A stretch of DNA of 64,000 nt. Origin: an uncultured bacterium (GTDB taxonomy: Bacteria > SAR324 > NAC60-12). Shown one piece after another: positions 59,609-64,000 of this stretch (position 1 is the first letter of the stretch; every line of letters starts with the position of its first letter). The position numbers and the translations under genes are program-made. The notes under the pieces were generated by a model. It was not told where the DNA came from. It saw only the letters and a list, made by a program, of their open reading frames with translations, and made no database searches. Location of the stretch: the NCBI GenBank assembly GCA_964010765.1, contig CAXGMD010000002.1, forward strand, positions 32,001 to 96,000, given 5' to 3'.

Positions 59609-62600
59609 TCAGAAGTTTTTTTTTGGAGGATCCGCGGAAAAGGTCTCAAGAATTTCACCAAGTGTTCTACGATCAGATAATTCATCGGCTTGGACTTGCA
59701 GATCTGGAAGGTTTTCTTGCAGAGCACCGAGGATTTCGACTCTTTTGATGGAATCAATGCCGAGGTCAGCCTCGAGATCCATGTTCAATTCCAGCATATC
59801 ATTTGGATAACCAGTCTTCTCTGCGACAATATTCAGGAGAATATCTTGAATGTTGGAGGTTGAATTTTCTGAATCAGATGAGCTTTCGTTATCTGAGAGG
59901 GAAGGATTCGGCTTGGTTTCTTCGGGTTGAAGAATAGTTAAAATCTGTCCCAAAGTTCTTTGCTCGGCTAGTTCATCAGCTTGGACTTGCAGATCTAGAA
60001 GTTTTTCTTGGAGTGCGCCAAGGATTTCAACTCTTTTGATGGAGTCAATGCCAAGGTCAGCTTCTAAGTCCATATCTAGTTCCAACATTTCTGTCGGATA
60101 GCCAGTTTTTTCTGCAACGATTTCAAGGAGTACAAGATGAACTGAGCTTGTGGCACTGGTTGTTTGGGAGGCAGATCTGGTGGATGTTTCAGAGTGTGAG
60201 ACCCTGACTTCAGGTGCAGTCTGAGGTGCCGATATTGTGGTGTTTGATACGGGTAGAGATGGTCTTATGTTTAGTGCTGGTGCGGGAATGAACTCTGTTG
60301 GGGTGGCAAATTTCGGTATCACCTCTGACTTAACTGGAGTTTCTGGTGAAACACTACTTAATGAAGTCATTCTCGGCATTTGGCTAACATTACCTTCAGC
60401 AGTAAGGCCCCATTGCAAGGCGATTTGTGTTTGTTCGCTCTGTCCCTTTAGATATTGTTCGTGAATCTTAAGCGTTTCCTGTTGGTGGTGATGGAACCAT
60501 TGTAGATTTTGTTGAACGCCTGTGGGCAAATCAGTCAACTTACCTTCAGAATCATGGCTAAACTGTTGAAGTACTTGCCAAAAAGCTCGAGCGTATTCCA
60601 TCTGTTGGGCTAGATACTGTTGGTGCGTTCTGAGTACCTCTTGTTGATGCCGGTAGAAGTCCTGGATGGGATGGTAGTTAGACGTGTCTTGATCTTTATT
60701 ATTCACTGGATTGTTCGTCAATGTTTGTGGGGTTGGAGGGGGACTCGTTTTTTCGCTGGTCTTTAAGTTGGGCTTTGCCCCTTCTAACGAATCATTGGGT
60801 TCGTGTGCAGAGGTTCTTTTCAAACTTTGGATTTCGCAATCATTCCCAATGAACTTTGCAAATTCTGACTGGGTTGCCTCACTAACATAGTTGCCCCCAT
60901 GTAATCGGACATTCGCTTTGGAGGGACTGGTCACAAAGGACTGATATTCCCGTTGATGAGGATCTAAATTTGAGAGTGATAAGCCCAAAACCTGGAGTTG
61001 AACATAGGCTTCCCGAAACTGGCGTGAACTCTCTTCTTTTGGATTTGGATTTAATGCAATTGCATAAATCTCTTTGCCTTGGAGGATGTTCTCTGTGAGT
61101 TTTGTTAGCACATTCTTGGGTCCGAATTCGATAAATACACGAGCTCCTGCTTCGTATAAGTTTTCAATTTGTTGTTTGAATCGAACGGACTCCAAAATGT
61201 GCGCTTGCAGCATTTCTTTGATTTTAACCGGTTCTGTAGGATAGGCCTTTGCCGTTTGATTTGAGAATACTGGAACCCTGGCTCTATTGAATTTGCAGCT
61301 TTGGATGGCTTCTGAAAAAGGTTTTTGGGCATGATCCACTAGAGGAGTGTGAAACGCTGCAGAAACGGGGAGTGAGACAACCGAAAACCGCTTTGATTTA
61401 AAGAATGCAAAAGCTTTTTCGATCTGATTTTTGGGTCCAGCGACCACAACTTGCTTGTTCGAATTGAAATTGGCGACTTTCAAATCTGGAAAGTCTTCCA
61501 AGAGTTCCTCAACTGTATCTATCTTGCCCATCACCGCCATCATGGTTCCAGCGTCAAAATCTGGATCATCTGGCGCAGCCATAGCTTTACCTCGTGCTAC
61601 AGCCAATCTGTGATAGTCATTGTCGTTGATTACTCCGGCTGCCCAGAGAGCACTTAATTCACCGAAGCTGTGCCCAGAGGTGAAATCCACTTGTAACCCT
61701 CTTGCTTGCAGCAACCGGAACATTCCTCCACTCAGAGCACCAATCGCAGGTTGAGCATTCTCAGTTTTTTGGAGATGTAGGTTCTGAGTCTCTTCTTCAT
61801 TTTCCTCAAAACTTGAGATGGCAAAGACGAGTTTCGAAAGTGGATCTCTCTCATTTTCTACAAAGATCTGATCCATTTCTTGAAGGTCAGATTGGATTTC
61901 GGGGAATTCAAGGAAAAGCTCTCGACCCATTTGCAGATATTGGGACCCTTGCCCACAAAACAAAGCTGTAACTTTTCCCTCACAATCCAACCCTGACTGC
62001 CGATAGAAAAGACCAGACTTTTGGCTCCATTCAAGGTTTTCAGGTTCTTTTTCCCAAGTAATTAGGGCTTCTTGTAAGGCTTGGATCGATTCTTTAGGGG
62101 AGTCTGATACAAATCCTAATCGGGCATGATCCTTAGCTGGTGGCGTTGCCTGGTTACCCTTTTCTAAGAGATCCTTTTGGCCTATCTGTGGTGTTGAAGA
62201 GAGTTGATTTAATAGGGTATTACACAGTTCTTGGAGTTCTGCCGGATTCTCTGCGGAAAGCAGAACAGGCTGTGGAGCTCGATTCAACCTGTAAGCGGTC
62301 AATTCAGTTTTATGCTCTTCCAAAATAAAATGAAAATTACTTCCACCAAAACCGAAAGCGCTGACACCTGCCCTCCTTGGCTCTGGCCCCCTGATCCAAG
62401 GTCTTGATTGCTTGCAGAAATAGAAGGGAGTTTCGCTTAATCTCAGATCTGGATGGGGAGTTTCCAGTTGATTGAGGGGGGGAAGAATTTTGTGATGAAG
62501 TGAAAGCGCAATTTTTATAAACCCTGCTACACCAGCTGCAGCCTTTGTATGACCAATTTGGGCCTTGACCGTACCCAAGGCAATCTGGTTTCTCTGCTCT

Positions 62601-63718
62601 GAAGCGTAAGCAGTCCTGAGTCCAGAAAACTCTGTAATATCACCTGCCTTAGTCCCTGTTCCGTGTGCTTCTATCAGTCCAATTTCTGAATTATTTTCTA
62701 TATTGGCATCAGACTGAGCCCTTTGGATAGCTAAAACCTGACCCTCTTCCCTGGGAGCATAGATGCTTTTAAACCTTCCATCACTTGAGGAACCAACACC
62801 AATAATTTTAGCATAGATACGATCACCATCGCGTACTGCGTCTTCCAAGCGCTTCAAAACAACCAAGCCTAACCCTTCACCGATCATTATGCCTTCCGAA
62901 TTTTTATCAAAAGGCTGGACCTGATCACGTTTAGTGAAGGCGGGTGTTTTACTGAAACACATATACATAAAGGGGGAGTTATCTGTGTCAACTCCACCAG
63001 TCAGCATTACATCACATCGTCCTTCCCTGAGTTCGGAAATGGCCATCTTCATCGCAGCCAAGGAACTTCCACAAGCAGCGTCTACAACACAATTAGTGCC
63101 TCCAAGATTAAGCCGATTGGCTACTCTTCCAGCAATCACATTCCCAAGGAGTCCTGGAAATGAATTCTCCTCCCACCTGACGTAGGCAGACTTAAATCGT
63201 TTAACTAGTTCTTCAGAGGTGTCTTGTTCAAGACCCGCACTAGAAAGAACTGATCTCCAGATAGGTTCTTGTAGCCGAGAAGTCAAAGAACCCATCAACT
63301 TCTGTCCGCCACAAACTCCAAGAATGATTCCAGTTTGAGATAATATTCGTGATTCTTCTTCCCCAATCCCAGCATCTATCAGAGCTGTTTTTGCTAAGAT
63401 CAGGGTTAATAGCTGTGATGAGTCAGTGACTTCAAGAATGTTTGGAGGAAGACCAAAATCCAACGGATTGAAATCAAGTTCTGGAACAAATCCGCCCTTC
63501 TTACAGTAGATTTTGTCTGGTTTGCTTGGATCAGGATCGTAGTAATCTTCAAGATTCCATCGATTCGAAGGAACCTCCTCAAGGAAATCATTACCTGAGA
63601 GAATGTTGTTCCAATAACTCTGGAGATCTTTTGCACCAGGGAATAGCGCGGAAAGTCCAACAACTGCAATCGGGGAGTCAGCCAAGCGATGGGATTTACT
63701 AGAACTCTTGAGGGACAT
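59609..63718 (-). CDS. pfaA: PfaA N-terminal part: KS-MAT-ACP-ACP
   Basis: KS DAACGSS, EAHGTGTKAGD, GHTKAAAG, WEENSFPGLLGNVIAGR; AT GQGSQY, GHSFGE, SAAFH; two ACPs with LGIDSIKRVEIL. Confidence 0.88.
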   Translation of the reverse strand: MSLKSSSKSHRLADSPIAVVGLSALFPGAKDLQSYWNNILSGNDFLEEVPSNRWNLEDYYDPDPSKPDKIYCKKGGFVPELDFNPLDFGLPPNILEVTDSSQLLTLILAKTALIDAGIGEEESRILSQTGIILGVCGGQKLMGSLTSRLQEPIWRSVLSSAGLEQDTSEELVKRFKSAYVRWEENSFPGLLGNVIAGRVANRLNLGGTNCVVDAACGSSLAAMKMAISELREGRCDVMLTGGVDTDNSPFMYMCFSKTPAFTKRDQVQPFDKNSEGIMIGEGLGLVVLKRLEDAVRDGDRIYAKIIGVGSSSDGRFKSIYAPREEGQVLAIQRAQSDANIENNSEIGLIEAHGTGTKAGDITEFSGLRTAYASEQRNQIALGTVKAQIGHTKAAAGVAGFIKIALSLHHKILPPLNQLETPHPDLRLSETPFYFCKQSRPWIRGPEPRRAGVSAFGFGGSNFHFILEEHKTELTAYRLNRAPQPVLLSAENPAELQELCNTLLNQLSSTPQIGQKDLLEKGNQATPPAKDHARLGFVSDSPKESIQALQEALITWEKEPENLEWSQKSGLFYRQSGLDCEGKVTALFCGQGSQYLQMGRELFLEFPEIQSDLQEMDQIFVENERDPLSKLVFAISSFEENEEETQNLHLQKTENAQPAIGALSGGMFRLLQARGLQVDFTSGHSFGELSALWAAGVINDNDYHRLAVARGKAMAAPDDPDFDAGTMMAVMGKIDTVEELLEDFPDLKVANFNSNKQVVVAGPKNQIEKAFAFFKSKRFSVVSLPVSAAFHTPLVDHAQKPFSEAIQSCKFNRARVPVFSNQTAKAYPTEPVKIKEMLQAHILESVRFKQQIENLYEAGARVFIEFGPKNVLTKLTENILQGKEIYAIALNPNPKEESSRQFREAYVQLQVLGLSLSNLDPHQREYQSFVTSPSKANVRLHGGNYVSEATQSEFAKFIGNDCEIQSLKRTSAHEPNDSLEGAKPNLKTSEKTSPPPTPQTLTNNPVNNKDQDTSNYHPIQDFYRHQQEVLRTHQQYLAQQMEYARAFWQVLQQFSHDSEGKLTDLPTGVQQNLQWFHHHQQETLKIHEQYLKGQSEQTQIALQWGLTAEGNVSQMPRMTSLSSVSPETPVKSEVIPKFATPTEFIPAPALNIRPSLPVSNTTISAPQTAPEVRVSHSETSTRSASQTTSATSSVHLVLLEIVAEKTGYPTEMLELDMDLEADLGIDSIKRVEILGALQEKLLDLQVQADELAEQRTLGQILTILQPEETKPNPSLSDNESSSDSENSTSNIQDILLNIVAEKTGYPNDMLELNMDLEADLGIDSIKRVEILGALQENLPDLQVQADELSDRRTLGEILETFSADPPKKNF
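59615..59624 (-). other. A9-C slippery run at the pfaA frame junction
   Basis: Coding strand reads CCT CCA AAA AAA AAC TTC TGA; T9 at 59616-59624 on the + strand. Confidence 0.7.
59640..60140 (-). repeat. Tandem ACP domain duplication within pfaA (2 copies)
   Basis: IVAEKTGYP..MLEL.MDLEADLGIDSIKRVEILGALQE.L.DLQVQADEL occurs twice. Confidence 0.88.
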
Positions 63719-63914
63719 TAAAAAAACTCAATTCTGGCGTTCATTTTCCTCCTGGAAATGCCTGGAATATGGCGAGAAGAATGCCAAGGTTTGCAAATAA
63801 GATTCCCTAAGCTTCTCTAAATATGATTCTGAAACAGGCAGACTTATCAATTCGAATCTAAAAAATTAATCATAAGCCAATTCAGAATAAAAGACTTGGT
63901 AACGGATTAACGCT

Positions 63915-63948
63915 TTAATTAATAATTCTAATTAATTAATAATTCTAA
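63915..63948. repeat. Perfect 17-bp tandem duplication TTAATTAATAATTCTAA x2
   Basis: Read directly; lies about 200 nt upstream of the pfaA start in an AT-rich promoter region. Confidence 0.85.
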
Positions 63949-64000
63949 ATCAAAAATCAGGTTTGATTGTGTGGTACTTTGAGAAGTATGTTGCACGTTT

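Overview
Gene-dense bacterial chromosomal window with no rRNA, tRNA, CRISPR array, transposase or phage genes that I could see. The gene content resembles a marine heterotroph, possibly the SAR324 clade, but that is inference only. Five blocks: (1) 1-5041, housekeeping and signalling genes (yqjG-type glutathionyl-hydroquinone reductase, orphan PAS histidine kinase, ModF-like ATPase). (2) 5283-26925, a large acetoin/ketol catabolic island. It holds two acoAB copies sharing an apparently identical ~1.97 kb core with diverged ends, acoX, a nonsense-disrupted SDR, dhaKL-like kinase genes, a decayed solute-binding-protein remnant, a third divergent TPP E1alpha/beta pair with its own lipoyl-alpha/beta-hydrolase E2 and an FGGY kinase, acoR with a sigma-54-like promoter, acoC and a CUT1 ABC transporter. 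(3) 27284-30403, a tandem Spy/CpxP-like lipoprotein divergent from an OmpR/CusRS-like two-component pair, with a palindromic operator between them. (4) 30685-51800, small-molecule catabolism and transport (hydroxyacid-oxoacid transhydrogenase, aldolases, enolase-superfamily enzyme, PhyH dioxygenase, Liv-type ABC, RbsB-type ABC with a ketose 3-epimerase), an orphan ParA with an unknown partner, and sseA. (5) 51804-63718, an unusual pfa-type (PUFA-synthase-like) iterative FAS/PKS cluster. Its pfaA is split exactly at the ACP/KR boundary by an A9 run: a -1 shift gives a full-length ~2163 aa protein, so this is a candidate programmed frameshift or transcriptional slippage site, or else a homopolymer error. 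A putative di-haem cytochrome b-like membrane protein sits where pfaB normally lies.
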